A stretch of DNA of 64,000 bases from Cyanophora paradoxa CCMP329 (GCA_004431415.1 QPMI01000039.1:62001-126000); one strand, 5' to 3'. Numbered from the stretch's first letter, positions 24,601 to 37,611 are shown. Translations and numbers: made by a program. Notes: generated by a model not told the origin, from the letters alone.

Positions 24601-25577
24601 TCCTTCGCCGCGCGCTCCCGCTGCTCGACCTGCTCCTGCACCTTCGCCTCCATCTGCCGGGCGCGCCCGCGAGCGAGTCACGGCGGGCCGGGCCGGAGGC
24701 GCGAGAGCGAGCGAGCGTTTTCCGCACCTGCGTCTCGAGAGCGCGGCACTTCTCCTCCAGCCTCCGGATGGTGACCTGCGCGCGGGGCGGTCGGCGCCGG
24801 CGGGCGGGAGCGCCCGCCCCGCCCGCGGGTCCCGCGCCTCCTGGTTCTTCAGCATGCTGAACTCGTTCTTGTACTCGTCCAGCTCCTGCCGCATCCGCCG
24901 GTTCTGCGCCTCAAGCTCCGCCGTCTTCGAGCTGTCCTCCTGCAGAAGAGCTCAACTCGGGGTCGCACGGACCGGCGGGGTGCCCCGGTGCAGAGGAGCG
25001 CGCGCACCAGCGCGGCGGCGAGCGTCGGCACTGGGTCCGGCGCCTCGTACAGCAGCTTGTAGAGCGAGAGGAACGCATTCTCGGAGGACTTGGCGCGGAC
25101 GGTGAGGCGGTCGACCTCCTCCTGGTACGACTTCAGCAGCGGCCGCAGCTCCTTCAGCTTCTGGTCATCCGGAAACTTGGCGAACCCTGCGCGGGCGGGG
25201 CGTGAGGAGGTGCGAGGCGGGCGGGGCTGGAATGTTCAGAGCGGCGAGCCTGGCGGGGCGGCGAGAGCGCGCTCGCCCGGCAAGCAAAGCTAGCGTGCAT
25301 GATTGATTGGGACGCCGAACGTACCCTTGGTCTGCTCGGCGAGGCGCTTCCGGGACTTCAGGCTCGCTTCCTGGTTGTCGGCGATTTCGAGGCCCTGCTG
25401 GTCGAGCTCGGAACGCTTGCTGTCCAGGTTGATGCCTGGCGTAAAAGGCGTGAGCTCGGCGCGCGGGCGAGCGCGGCATGGAGCGCGGTGCGTCGAACCC
25501 TTCCAGTACTCGAGGACGCCCAGTCCGACGGCCCGCGGATTTGCCGACGGCGGCGGCGACGCGGCGGTGTCCGCCAT
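21650..25577 (-). CDS. CASP: Golgin CASP (CUX1 N-terminal/CASP C-terminal, Coy1-like)
   Basis: N-terminal VLEYWK.INLDSKRSELDQQGLEIADNQEASLKSRKRLAEQTK..LLKSYQEEVDRLTVRAKSSENAFLSLYKLLYEAPDP, then long coiled coils. C-terminal YDEKYNPFAAF and TM segment RTFLFFYSLALHLLVF with the family's Tyr and His. Confidence 0.93.
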
Positions 25578-25652
25578 TGCTGCCGGCGCCGCTCAAAACC
25601 GACAGGCTGCCAGGGACGGGTACAAGTGGGAAGCATAGTTCGGCGAGCCACG

Positions 25653-26132
25653 ATGACCACACTGTTCAAGGTTCCGCGCATTGCGGCGCTCTCGCAACCG
25701 CCTGTTGACATTGGCGGCAGTTCGCGCTCGTGGCGGCCATCGGTTCCGGGTATGTCTATGGCACCGTCCGGCAGGCGGCCCTGAAGCCGAAGGGCAACAA
25801 GCACGCGGCCCACGCCACGCACGAGGAGAAGAAGGAGGATCACCACGCCCCGGGTGCGTCTTGCCGGAGTGTCGGCGATGCGCCATGCGCGCTGTGCCGA
25901 GTTCCGAATCGGCTCCTCTGCCCGGCAATCTGCTCTAGAGATGAGCATAGCACGACGCGCCTGCTAGACCTACAGATCTCGCGCCGGTTTGGCCTCGTGC
26001 TACCGATGTTGACGCTGTCGGCCGTCCGCAGCGGCGGCCGCTCCTGCGGCCGCGAGCGGCGAGTTCAACTTCGAGGCGTGGGTGAAGCAGATGGAGGCGG
26101 AGGCCAAGGCGAAGAAGGCCGCGGCCCACTAG
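25653..26132 (+). CDS. Probable mitochondrial ATP synthase subunit e-like protein
   Basis: Three exons give MTTLFK|FALVAAIGSGYVYGTVRQAALKPK..HHAP|AAAA..EFNFEAWVKQMEAEAKAKKAAAH*. The N-terminal TM with a GxxYG (GxxxG) motif and the FxxEAW tail resemble subunit e from memory. Not confirmed by search. Confidence 0.55.
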
Positions 26133-27039
26133 CTTGCCTCTCTTGACTGCGGCGGCCGAGAGTCATCGATCCCCCGCTTCAACCACCTCTGCTCGGCCCC
26201 GCCATTCATCGTGGCCCTTCTCTTCTACTTTCCATGCGGCCTTGTTCATCGAGCTCCCGCCCGCGCCGTGCTCGGCGGTGCCGATCGGCTCGTCCCCGCC
26301 CCTTTCTCCTCCCTCTGCTCCTCTCCCGCAGTAGCTCCTGGTCTTTTCTTCGTCAACATAATCGATTGCAAGTTTCTCCACGACTCCATGAAGTTCAGGA
26401 AGGAACGCCGTGGCGCCGCGGTCTTCGGCCGAAGCGTAGTGGATGGTGTCTTCGGCACTATGGCTGATATGGCCGCGGCCGGCGGGGCGGGTTGCTGGCC
26501 ATGGGTTCGACCCGCGCCCGGGTTCGGGTGTCTTGCGCCTGCCGCGGCCGTTGGATAGGATTCGGGGGGCGTCGTGTGCATAGATACGTCCCTCCTGGCT
26601 TCGTGGCCCGAATCGTGGGCTGCCGAGTTCGTCCAGGCGGGCGGGCGGCTTAGTTTCCTTGCCAATTACATGATGCCTCGTGAAACCAGAACGCAGACTG
26701 GCGGCCAGCAGACTGGCAGCAGTTCAACGGCTGCAGCTGCACATGCGAGTTGAGCGCCACAAAATTGATCTCGCGCGCAACTAGCTCCGATAGACCCCAA
26801 GAGCTCAACGAAGAGCGTTGGCGCGCAGCAAGCGGCGCGCCAGGATGTCGGAGCCCTTCAGCGTAGCAAGAGACACGTACCCCTCTACCGCAGCTGAACA
26901 GCCCCTGTGCACCGGCGGCATGAAGCATGGGCAGTTTTAGGCGGATCTAGATCCTAAGGAGCGTCGTTCGACCGAGTTCAGAGGGCGGCGGCGGCGTGGT
27001 CGTCGAGTAGCCTCGCCCGGCACTCCAGCGAGCGCTCCG

Positions 27040-30000
27040 ATGGAGCCAATGGAGTCTGGGGCACATCCACACCAAATTACAGCACGAAGCCCCGACGGGC
27101 GCTATCTCCGGGTTCGCGACCCGCTCCACGCGCCCTGGCGCAATTCTCTCACGCCTGGTCCTGCAGTACGATGTGCAGCTTGGCAAGGGCGCGTTCAAAG
27201 AAGTGTGAGTACCGCCCGCCACGCCGCTTTGGCAGGGAATCAGAATCGTGGCCCGTCGTCGTCCCTGCGAACGGCGCACGGGCTGCGGTTTGGCGTTGTG
27301 CCGCAGTCGCATACATGATCTAATCTAGTCCTTTAGCGTGATTCCGTATCATTCGAGCTCCGCGCCGGGCCCCGCACTGCGTCGGGCCTCTGCGACTGTC
27401 CCGGGATCTGACCGGCTCTTGCCACAGATACAAGGGGTTCGACACAGAGGATGCCATTGAAGTAGCGTGGAACCAGCTTGCAGTGCGAGTGGCGCCCCAG
27501 GAGCTCGAGAAGCTCAAGCAGGAGGTGTCGATCCTTCAGAAGCTCGCGCATCCGAACATCATCACCTGCTATCACTCGTGGGACGATGCCGAGCGGGACA
27601 AGCTCTACTTCATCACCGAGATCATGACTTCTGGCACTCTGAAGCAGTGCGCGGCTTCTGGCCCCGGCGAAAGCTGCAGCTGAGCGCCTGGCGCGCAGGT
27701 ACATCCAGCGGACGCAGAAGATCAAGCTGAGGGTCATCAAGAAGTGGTGCAGACAGATCCTGAGCGGTCTGAAGTATCTGCACGAGCACACGCCGCCAAT
27801 CATCCACCGTGACCTCAAGTGCGACAACATCTTCATCAACGGCAACTCCGGGGATGTAAAGATCGGAGATCTGGGTCTCTCAACGTTCATGCAGCAGTCC
27901 TACGCGCAGTCCGTCGTTGGTGCGGTTGCAATTTGATCTTCCTCCGATCCCGCCCTTTCGTGCCGTCTTGCGCTGGGCTCTCAAACGACGTGCTTGAGAG
28001 CTATCTGAATCTTGCCTCCTGAATTCCGTCTTTTTCTTTTCTCCACCGCTTGCTTCTGCTTTGTCTGACCATTGTGCAGGAACGCCCGAGTTCCTGGCAC
28101 CCGAGCTTTACGACGAGAACTACAACGAGAAAGGTCAGTTGCTCTGGGCGTTGGATAGGAGTGCATACCGCTGATTACCCGCGCCCCGCAGTCGACCTCT
28201 GGTCGTTTGGGCTTTGCGTCCTGGAGATGGTGCGGCCGGCTCGGCGCCCTTGCTCTCCCTTTGCGCTTCCTTTTCCTCGTTCTCCTTCTCACGCTGCGGC
28301 AGGTCACGCACGAGTACCCGTACAGCGAGTGCCAGAACCCGGCGCAGATCTTCAAGAAGGTCTCGTCGGTACGCGCGCGCGCCGGGACTCTTTCGTTCCC
28401 TCGGGAGGGTAGGAAAGCTCACTGTCTCCCGCAGGGCAAGCCGCCGGCGGGACTAGAGAAGATCGAGGACCCCGCCGTGAGGAGCTTCATCGGGAGCTGC
28501 CTGTGCCACGTTAGCCAGCGCAAGGTCAGCAGCGCCCATGAACGCCTGCGCTCCTTTCCGGGGGCGACGTCGGCTGAATGTGCGCGCGCAGAGCGCTTCG
28601 GAGCTCCTCGCGGACCCGTTCCTCCAGGAGGACGAGAATGACGAGAGGCTCGCCGGGCCCGGCACCTCCGGTGCGCCAGCTGCAGCCCCGGGGTCTCCTG
28701 GTTTCCTTCCCTTAGCTGACCCCTCGTCCTCCGCCTCGCCGTCTCATCAGAGCGCTCCATTCCTTCCGGTTAACTTGGCTTAGCGTGGGTGGGTCGGGGT
28801 TCGTGCGCTGAAGCCCCGTCCCGCAGACCGCGTGCTCCAGGCGTCGGCGATCGACTCGGCAACGGAGCCGGCCACGCCCGTTCCGGCGCCGCGCGTGCCG
28901 TCGAGCGGGACGCACCAGCGGCCGCAGGCCGAGGCCCGGACGCCCCCCACCTCGGTCGTTCTGGGATCGGCGGCTGCGGCGGCGGGGGCCGCCCGGTCGC
29001 CGACGGGGATCGCCGGCTTGCAGGGACCCGGACCCTCGGGCAGCCGCTTCGAGGCGCCATCGACGCCCTCGACGCCCCCGGTCGAGGGCCGCCAGGCGAT
29101 CGTGGCCACGCCCGAGGCACGCCGGTCGCGCCGCGTCGCCCCCGCCCCGCCGCTGACGCCCCGCCCCGCAGCTCGGCTCGCGCGCCCTCGCGGCCACGTC
29201 CAACATGTACCTCATCGAAGTCAACGGCTCCAAGGCCAAGCTCAAGCTCCTTATGCCCCCAGGCGGGTTCCCGGTCCACCTCGCCTCGCTCCCGCCTCCG
29301 ACGCCTGACTGGCGGCCGGCGACCGCACAGACTCGAGCGGGCGGCTGGAGATCGGATTCGAGTACGACCTGGACCAGGACTCGCCGGAGCAAATTGCCAC
29401 CGAAATGCTGCAAGAGGAAATCCGCTGCCCCCTCTCCAAGGACACCATCGCCTCCGAGATCCGAGAGATCCGTGCGCGCCTCGGCTCCGCTCCGCTCCGC
29501 CGCGGCGGCCCTCGCGCGTCGCCTCACGCGCGGCGCGGGGCGGCAGTGGGGAAGATAAGCCGCGGCGAGGCGACGATCCAGCACATCGACCAGCGCGTCG
29601 TGCAGCAGCGCTTCAGCATCGAGCACTCGGCCTCGGCCCCGGCCGGGACCGCCGCCCCGGCGGCGCACGCCCCGGCGCCCATGTCGCTCCCGTCGCGGCC
29701 GGAGGGCGCCAGCCCGCACGAGTCGCCCGACGCGGCGCACGGGCCCGCGGGCGACAGGCATCACGCTCATCATTATCAGCAGCAGCAGCACGCTGCGGCC
29801 GGGCAACAGCCGCAGCAGCAGCAGCAGCCGCAGAGGAGACCGCAGTCGATGCGCGCCAACTCGATCTCCGCCGTCTCGTCATCGACGGACGTAGTCGCGT
29901 CCCCCGACCAGGTCCTTCCGCCCCCATCCGGCCGCCCCTGCGTTCCCCTCGTGACGCCCGCGCGCAGGCAACGTACTCGAAGTACGATCGAGACTTTGCG

Positions 30001-32739
30001 GCGGGCCAGGCGCAGGCTGCGCCCGGCCCGGCGGCTCCCGAGAAGCCGGAGAGGCCAGAGAGGCCGGAGAGGCCGCCGCTGCCGTCGGGCATCTCGCCGT
30101 TGAGCACGCCGACGCGGGCGGAGCAGGAGGCGGGCCGGGCGACGCAGGACGCGGCCCTTCACCAGGCCGTCGCCCAGCTCGACCGCGACAGGCAGCAGCG
30201 GGCGCAGTCCCAGGCGCAGGTCCCGGCGCCCGGCAGCACGCCGACGTCGCCGCCCCACGCGGCCGGCATCTCGCCGCCGCCGCCGCCGACCGCGCAGCAA
30301 CCGGTGATCAAGGAGGCGCAGACCGACACGGAAACGTGGACGAAGCCTCGCCCCGCTTCGCCCGCGGCGATCCCCGTCGTTCACCCGGGCGCGGCCGGCC
30401 GGCGGCCTTCGGTGCCCCAGATTCCCGTGGCCCCGCCACAGGCCGCTTCGGATCAGGACGGTCCCGTTTCCCCCAGCACTCGGAGCCAGGCCGCCGCCGG
30501 CGGCGCCCACCCGCCCTCCCCGCGGCGGGCCGGCGGCGCGCCGCAGCCGAGCGCCGACACGATCCTTGCCCCCTCGGGCCTCTCCCCTTCCGGCTCGGCC
30601 TCTGCAGCGGCCGCGGCCGCGCGCCAATTCCCGCAGCAGCACTCCGAAGCGGAGGGCGCTGCGGAGCCCCCCCTCTCTCCCACCTCCGCCGCCGCCGCCG
30701 CCAACGCCATGCCGCCCCCGCCGCCCGTCCGCCGCGCCCCCAGCACCGCCACCGGCCCGACGCGGCGCACCCGCCGCCCCCAATCGCCGTACCCCCCAAC
30801 GAGCTCGGACCGGCCCAGGAGGTCTCGCCGGCGCCGGCGCCGGCGAGGCCGCCCATGGCGAGGCAGCCGTCCATCGACCGCGGCGTTCCGGGCTCTGCCG
30901 GCGGCTCCGCGGCCGCCTCGCCGGTGCCTGCCGCCGCGGCGCCGCACCGCACTCGCACCACGGCGGGCAGGGCTACTGGCAGGGGCAGCACCCGCCGCAC
31001 GCGCCCCACGCGACCGGAGAGGACGCCTCGCCTCGGCGGCCGCAGTCCATCTCCGAGGTCGGCCCGCACGCGTCGACCCCGCCGGCGGGGCCGCCGGCCG
31101 CGGCCGGCCCGCGCCGGGGCACCACGGGCACGCGCACGGCACCTTCCCCTCGAGCAAGACGATGATCGTCGGGCGCGGCGGTTACCACGGCGGCCCCGCG
31201 GCGCACGCGGCCGAGCGGGCGCACCACAACGCGCTCGACGAGGCGGCGGCGGCGGCGGCGGCGGAGGACGCGTTCACGGCGTGGCTGCACAGGCGCCAGA
31301 TCCCGGACGGGATCGACGAGGAGAGCCTGCTGGAGTTCCAGGAGCTGATGGACCGGCACGACCGCGAGACACGCGAGCTCCACGAGCGGCACGAGCGGGA
31401 GCGGCGCGAGCGGTGGAGCATCGTCGAGCGCCGCCGCTCGGCGATGGGCGCCCCACCGCTCTCCGGCGCCTCGCGGGCCCACGCCGCCCCGCACGGGTCG
31501 GGCACGCCGGTGATCTCGATGCGGCGACCTTCCACGACGCCCACGCCGCTGACGATGCCGTCCGCCGCGTTGCCGCCGCCGGCGGCGGCGGCTGGCCCCC
31601 GGGGGACTGCGGCAGGCGGCCTGGCCCCCGTCCCCGCCGTATCGCCCACCTCCGCCGCCTCGTCCTCTCCGCCCGCCGGAGCCTCGCACCACCCGGCCTT
31701 GCACCCGCCGGCGTCGTCGGCTGCCGGAGCGACGGCAGCGGCGGCGGCAGCGGCGGCGGCGGCAGCAGCAGCAGCAGCGGCGGCTCCGGCGCAGAACAAG
31801 GAGCTCGACGCGAAGCTGGAGAACTTGGTGGCAAATCTCGGGTCGGACCTGAGCTTCGACACCTGCGGGATGCGCAAGGCGTCCTGCGAGCCGGCGGCGG
31901 TGCACGCAGCCGCACAGGCGACGCAGGCTGCGGCAGCGGCAGCTGTGACGGCAGCAGCAACGGGGCCCGGCTCGAACCGCGGCCAGGGAGGGCCGCCGAT
32001 GCCGGCGGGGCCGCAGCAGACGGCGCCGCTGTCGGCGCCGGCGCACCTCGCGCAGGCGATGAGCCGGGACCAGGCCAAGCCGCAAGCTGCGGCGCAGGCG
32101 TCCCCGGCGCCGCCGCAGCAGCAGCAGCCGCCGGGCATGATGGGCCAACAGCCGCAGCCGATGATGGGCCAGCCGCCCCCGCTGGTACATCAGCCGCAGC
32201 CGCTCGTCCCTACGCCGGCCGGGATGGCCCCCTCGCAGCCGCCGCAGGCGCTGCCCGCCGCCCCGCACGCGCAGCCCGGGCCCCGCTCGGGCCTGCCCCA
32301 CCAGCTCGGCGGGGCCCTCGCCTCGTCCCCCACCGCCGGCGGCCCCCTCCCCGCCCCCGCCGGCATGGCGGTACCGACGCCGTTCGGCATGCCTCCGGCC
32401 CAGGCGTACCCCGTCATGCCCTTCCAGGCGACGCTGGCCAACGGCGTCGCCTCGGGGGTGCCGATCATGCCGATGACCGCGATGAACGGGCCTTCCGCGT
32501 ACCCCGCAATGCAGGCGTACCCCGTCCAGGGGCAGCCGGCCAAGGCGGCGGATCCGATGGCGATGTACAGCGGCAACCCCTTCGACGGCCCGGCCTTCGA
32601 GCAGCCGGCCACCCCGCAGCAGGCGCCCCAGTCCAACCCGGGCCACTCGGGCCACGGCGCCGCCGGCATGATGCTCCCGGCACAGCAGCCGCTCATGTTC
32701 CCGCCGCCCAACGGGCCCGACGCCCACCACGGCGCCTGA
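27040..32739 (+). CDS. WNK: WNK (with-no-lysine) Ser/Thr kinase with CCT-like domain and long P/Q/A-rich tail
   Basis: SPDGRYLR|[16 protein letters not shown] (Lys in subdomain I), EVAWNQL (no subdomain II Lys), [71 protein letters not shown] at ~29350-29410. Stop at 32737-32739. Confidence 0.95.
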
Positions 32740-33310
32740 TCGCGCGCTCCGACCTCTCCGCCCTCCGCTCTCGTCTTTTCCTCGCAGTGCTTTCGTCCAT
32801 CCAGCTCGATGCGCCCCCGGATGCATCTGTACATCTGTTTTCCTACATTATGCCTGCCATAACGATTTGAACCTGCAGATTGTGTTGTAGCGCCCGCTAG
32901 TGTCGCCTCGCTCAACTTTGACCCCGACCCTGTCTTTTTATGATCATCGGATCCCGTTTATTAATGGATATATCCTTTCAAGCGCGGATTACCAGCGCTC
33001 GCCAGGGACGTCTTCATGGTCCTCATGCATGCAGTTCAAGCACCATACCGTGCGCATGCTGGCACTGCGCCGCGGCGGCCGGCAGCGCTAGCCATATATA
33101 TAGCAAATCTGCCACTGGGCCATGGCCATGGCCAAGCTGAGCCTCGGAGCACTGCGGCGGGCACAGATCGCCGTCATGGCATCGAGGCCTAGGGGTCATT
33201 TCGAAGCTGCTTAAAATTCGACGTCACGGGTGCTACTCAAACTACTGAAGCAAGAGCAAAGAGCTGATTTCCGAGCCGACACCAGCAAGTTCCTGTAAAG
33301 CTAGGGCGGC

Positions 33311-33991
33311 TCACTCCCAATACGTGGCCGAGGCGGTTGCAGTCTCGCAGACGGTGATGGAGTACAGGCCAGGGATCTGGGGCTTCAGGTGGCGGTAGAT
33401 CCAGCGCGCGATGAACTCTGCCGACGGAGAGTCGTTGTTCAACGTCTCGTTTAGATTCTGGTGGTCGAGGTACGAGTCCACCATGGGCTTAACCACCTGC
33501 ATTGACGGGACGAGCGGCCGTCGGAAGAGGTTTCGGCGGCGGGCACGCGCGGCGTGCTCGTTCGGACCTTCGAAATATCGGAAAAGTCCATCACCATGTT
33601 TGTGCTGCTGCCCTTGGAGACCAGGTCATCCGCCCGCACCCGCACCTGCGCCCGAAAGAAGATCAAATCCTGAATCGGGGCTGCACACAGCGTGCGGAGC
33701 GCGCGAAATCATTGACAGGTGTCGAAGGTGCACACCTTCAGCACGTAGGAGTGGCCATGAGGCCGCCGGCACTTCCCCTCATGGTGCACGAGGTGGTGCG
33801 CTGCGCCGGGACCGTGAGCTAGAGCGTTAGGAAGCATGCAAGCGCTTTGCAGCGCACCGGACTCGAAAGTGAACACCTCTGCGCGGGCGAAGCAGAGCGG
33901 GGTCCGGGGCGAGATTCATCAGAGACCGGTCGCGAGCAGGCGCTGCGCGGACAGGAAAGACAGAGAAAAACGCACTCTTAATCTCGAACAT
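33311..33991 (-). CDS. queD: 6-carboxytetrahydropterin synthase-type (QueD/PTPS-I) T-fold protein, 4 introns
   Basis: Spliced product: MFEIKKVFTFESAHHLVHHEGKCRRPHGHSYVLKVRVRADDLVSKGSSTNMVMDFSDISKVVKPMVDSYLDHQNLNETLNNDSPSAEFIARWIYRHLKPQIPGLYSITVCETATASATYWE. Contains CxxxHGH, MVMDF, LDHxxLN, P(S/T)AE and ET motifs. Confidence 0.9.
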
Positions 33992-34513
33992 GGTCGCAAG
34001 GTGTCCGGGAGTCGACCTGTTCCTTATCGGAGTCGCTTTATGTCGATTGACACGCTTCGAGCTGGCATAGGCCGCGTGCGGACAACCAGAGCTCCTCCTG
34101 TCAAGCGTGAAGCTTTCTCTCAGCAGGATTGGCTGTGGATGCAGCCGGTGTGGCGCGCGGGCTTGGTGTTGGCTAGCTAGTGGGGGGTACAGTCATCGTC
34201 GCTTCGTGCGAGAGCGCGAAACTAGAATTCGAAGCGCGGGAGCAGGATCCAGGGCTGCGGGAGCAGATGTAGCTTAACTCTCGAGCTCTGAACCGATCGG
34301 AATTTAACCCTCGCTTATGGCGAAGGATGGCAGCTGCCCGACGGTCGAGGTCACTCCGCCCCAAGGCTCTCGAGCTCCGGATCGGACCGATCGGCTGTGC
34401 GGCACGGCTACTCGCCCCCATGGCCAGAGAGACTGCGCGCGAAAGGAACCTGGACTCTCCGCTACAGGCGCCTAGCTAGGCCTAGGAGCCCGACGCTGTC
34501 CTCTCTACGCCCC

Positions 34514-37347
34514 TTAGTCCTCGTCGCCGCCGTCCGCGGGCTGCTCGCTCCGCTTCGGGCCGCCCGCAGGCTTCGACATGATGATCTGACGGGGGGGCGC
34601 AGCGTCAGGGCCGGGAGTGGCGCCATTTCTAGGGCGCTCGCGAACCTGGTCCACCCGCAGAACCGTCATCGCCGCATCGGTCGCGTACTGCCGCGGCGCG
34701 TGAGGCGGCGGCAGCGGGGGCGCAGGAAAGGGCTCCGCGCAGATTCGAACCTTGAGCGCCCAGTACTTCGCGGCGAGCGCGTCGAGGATACCGTGCGCGT
34801 TGGCGTCGAGGAGGGTCTGCGCAGTGAAAGTGAGGCGCGTGCTCTCAGCGGGCGGCGGGAGGGGGGTACCTGGTTCTCGACGTCGACGCCGACGCCGCGC
34901 TGGCCCTTCTCGTGCGCGGCGTACAGCGTCGAAAGCAGGTCCGTCGCCGTCATGCCTGCGCCGAAAGGAGGCGCGGCGTGAGGCCGGAAAGGGGGGGGGC
35001 GCCTTCCCCTTTGAGGCAGCTGGCGCGCACCGGCGTTCTCCGCCAGGGTACGGGGGATGACCTCCAGCGCCTCCGCGAACTTCTTGATCGCGTACTGCGC
35101 GGGGTACGCGGATCAAACACGGGGGGGGGCGAGGTCCGGGAGGGGTAGAGGAGCGCACCTGCTCGAGGCCGGGGACGGACTCGCCGTAGGAGATGAGCTG
35201 CCGGGCGATCTCGACTTCGACGGCGCCGGCGCCGGCCACCTGCCGCCCGTCCTTCGCCAGCGCCTTGTACGCGTTCACGCCGTCGTCTGAGGCGGGGGGC
35301 GCCGCCTGAGCCGCGGAGGGGAGGGGCGGAGGGGGAGGAGCGGCGGGGGGTACCGATGGCGCGCTCGATGTCGTCCATGATGTTCACGGTCGAGCCGCGG
35401 ACGACGATCGTCGACACGCCCGACTCGTCGCCCCGCTTCTGCCGGAACACAGCGCACTGCAAGCACGCGCCGGCGCGTTGTTAGCCGGCGCGCCGTCAGA
35501 TCAGCGTGGGGCGAGCGGGCGGGCGCGCCTTGGTGCTGCCGATCTCCTCGATGGAGACTTCGTCGCACTCGCCGAGCTCCTCGGGGGTCGGGGCGCCCAT
35601 GCGGACCAGCGCCGTCGCGCCCACCGCCTTGCACACGCGCCGCAGGTCGAACTTGCTCGGCACCTGCCGCCGCGCGCGCAGCCGCCGCCGCCTCAGCGCG
35701 CCGCGCAGCGATGCGCGGGGGCGCTCCGGCGGACCTTAATCGCCATCAGCTTGTAGCGCTCGATGAAGTGCATCGCCATCTCGCCGATCTTGGAGCCGGA
35801 GATGACGACCTTGGCACCCGTCGCCGCGATCCCCTTAATGATCTGCACCGCAATCGCCGGCCGCCGTCAGCGCCAGCGCAGGCGCGAGGACGGCGGGGCG
35901 GGCGACGCGGGCGGGCCTCCTCCATCTTGTTCTCCTCGGACTTGTTGTAGTCCATCAGCTCCTGCGCGCTCTTGACGAGGACGGTGCCCTTGGTCTCCGT
36001 GTCCGACATGTCGATGCCGCAGCTGAAGACCGCGACCTGGGGCGCGGGCGCGAGCGGCTCAGGGCGGCTCGTGCGGAGGCGGGGGCGGGGGCGGGGCGCC
36101 GCGGGGTACCTTTGTGTTCCGCGCGTGCTTGATGGTGCCTGCGGCGGAGCGCACGTGAGCGGCGGCCCCCGCGGAGTCCGACGGAGGGCGGGCGGACCCT
36201 CGGCGTCGCGGGTCAGGACGAAGCCGTTCACGATGGTGGATTGGGCGACGGAGCCGCCGAGGATCTTGGCGACGCGCACGTTGTCCACGTTGAACTTCTT
36301 CGGGTTCTTCGGGCAGACCTGCTCGCCGCGGCCGGCGTCAGGCGAAGGCGGCCCCGCTGGGCGCCGGCTGGCGGGCGGGCGGGCGGGCGGGCGGACGCGC
36401 CTGGATGCAGGCCTCGGCGATGAGGGGCGTGAGGATGTCCTCAGCGCCGTACTGCTTGGAGCCCACGACGGTCTTAAGCGCGGGGATCATCTGCGCGGGC
36501 GCGCGTGAGCCGCGGGGCTGGCCGGTGGCGGGCGTCCCAGCGCTTCGGCAGGGCGCACGAGGTCCTTGTTCCTCACGTCGTCGATGGTCTTCTCGACGAG
36601 CGACTCGAGGATCTGCGGCGCGACTGTCGGCGCCGGCCGCGGGCGGGCGGGCGGGCGGGCGGGACGGTGATCGCGGCGCGCCTCGAGGGCCTTCTTTCCG
36701 GCCTTCGCGTAGCCGGAGATGACCTCGCTCGTGTGCAAGCCCATGCGCAGCAGGCTCTCGGCCTGCACCAGCAGCTCGCCGCCGATGACGATGACGGTGT
36801 TCGTGCCATCGCCGACCTGGCGGCGCGAGGCGCGGTGAGCGGGGCGGCGACGGGGCGGACGCCGGCGGGACACGGAGCGCGGCGTGCGGCGACGGAGCGG
36901 ACCTCCTGCTCCTGCTGCTGCGAGCCGTAGACGAGCATCTTCGCCGCCGGGTGCTGGATCTCCATCTCCTTGACCATCGTCGCCGAGTCGTTGGTGACGA
37001 ACAGCTTGTCCAGGTGGTTGATGATGATCTTGTTCATGCCTGGGCGCCGCGCACGGGACGTCAGCCCGTCGGCAGGCGTCGGGAGCGCGACTGGCGTCCG
37101 GCGACGGCAGGTCGCTGTGCCGTCGGTGCGGCGCGAGAGTACGCACCATGGGGGCCTAGCGACGTCCTAGTCATCTGCGAGAGCTGCTTGCACGCGTCGA
37201 TGTTCCGGAAGGTCTGAATGGCAGAATGAGCGCGAGCGAAGGAGGCTGGATTGGCGCTCGCACAGCCTCATCAAGGCCAGAGAAGTGCCTTGCGCCCTCC
37301 TTGAGCATGGAGGCGAGGCCCGTGTTGCCGAACTCGTAGCGCGGCAT
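34514..37347 (-). CDS. CCT8: Chaperonin CCT/TRiC subunit theta, 18 exons
   Basis: MLKEGARHFSGLDEA, RTSLGPHGMNKIIINHLDKLFVTNDSAT, QEQEVGDGTN, FNVDNVRVAKILGG, TETKGTVL, SKFDLRR, DDIERAIDDGVN, VLRVDQIIMSKPAGGPK. Confidence 0.97.
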
Positions 37348-37611
37348 CTTTGGCTCCTGCTACGGTGCAACGCTTGCTGTCTATGAACCTGCGCTGCACG
37401 ATGCACGCGTGAGCGGCCGCGGGAGGCCGTCCGGGATGGAATTTACCCGCGCCCGCGAACTGGACTTTTTTTCTCCACCTGGGTACTGCACCCTTCGACG
37501 CGGTTCGGCCCGTCATGCCAGGCCTAGAGGACCAGCGGTGCCTTAGCTAGCACTAGCGGCGCATCAAGCCGAACCTGCACATCAAGCAGAGCGCCGCATT
37601 CTCCGATGAGC

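Noticed and set aside
26163-26928. Minus-strand gene between the subunit-e-like gene and WNK
   Set aside because: Some frames look protein-like, but I could not build a consistent exon chain or find a motif.
30720-31120. Programmed frameshifting or a 17-nt micro-intron in the WNK tail
   Set aside because: The best reading changes frame three times (~30740, ~30947, ~31110). Each change is fixed by adding one C to a C-run, which is typical long-read consensus error.
33311-33991. Bacterial contamination as the source of queD
   Set aside because: It has four host-style spliceosomal introns and host genes on both sides.
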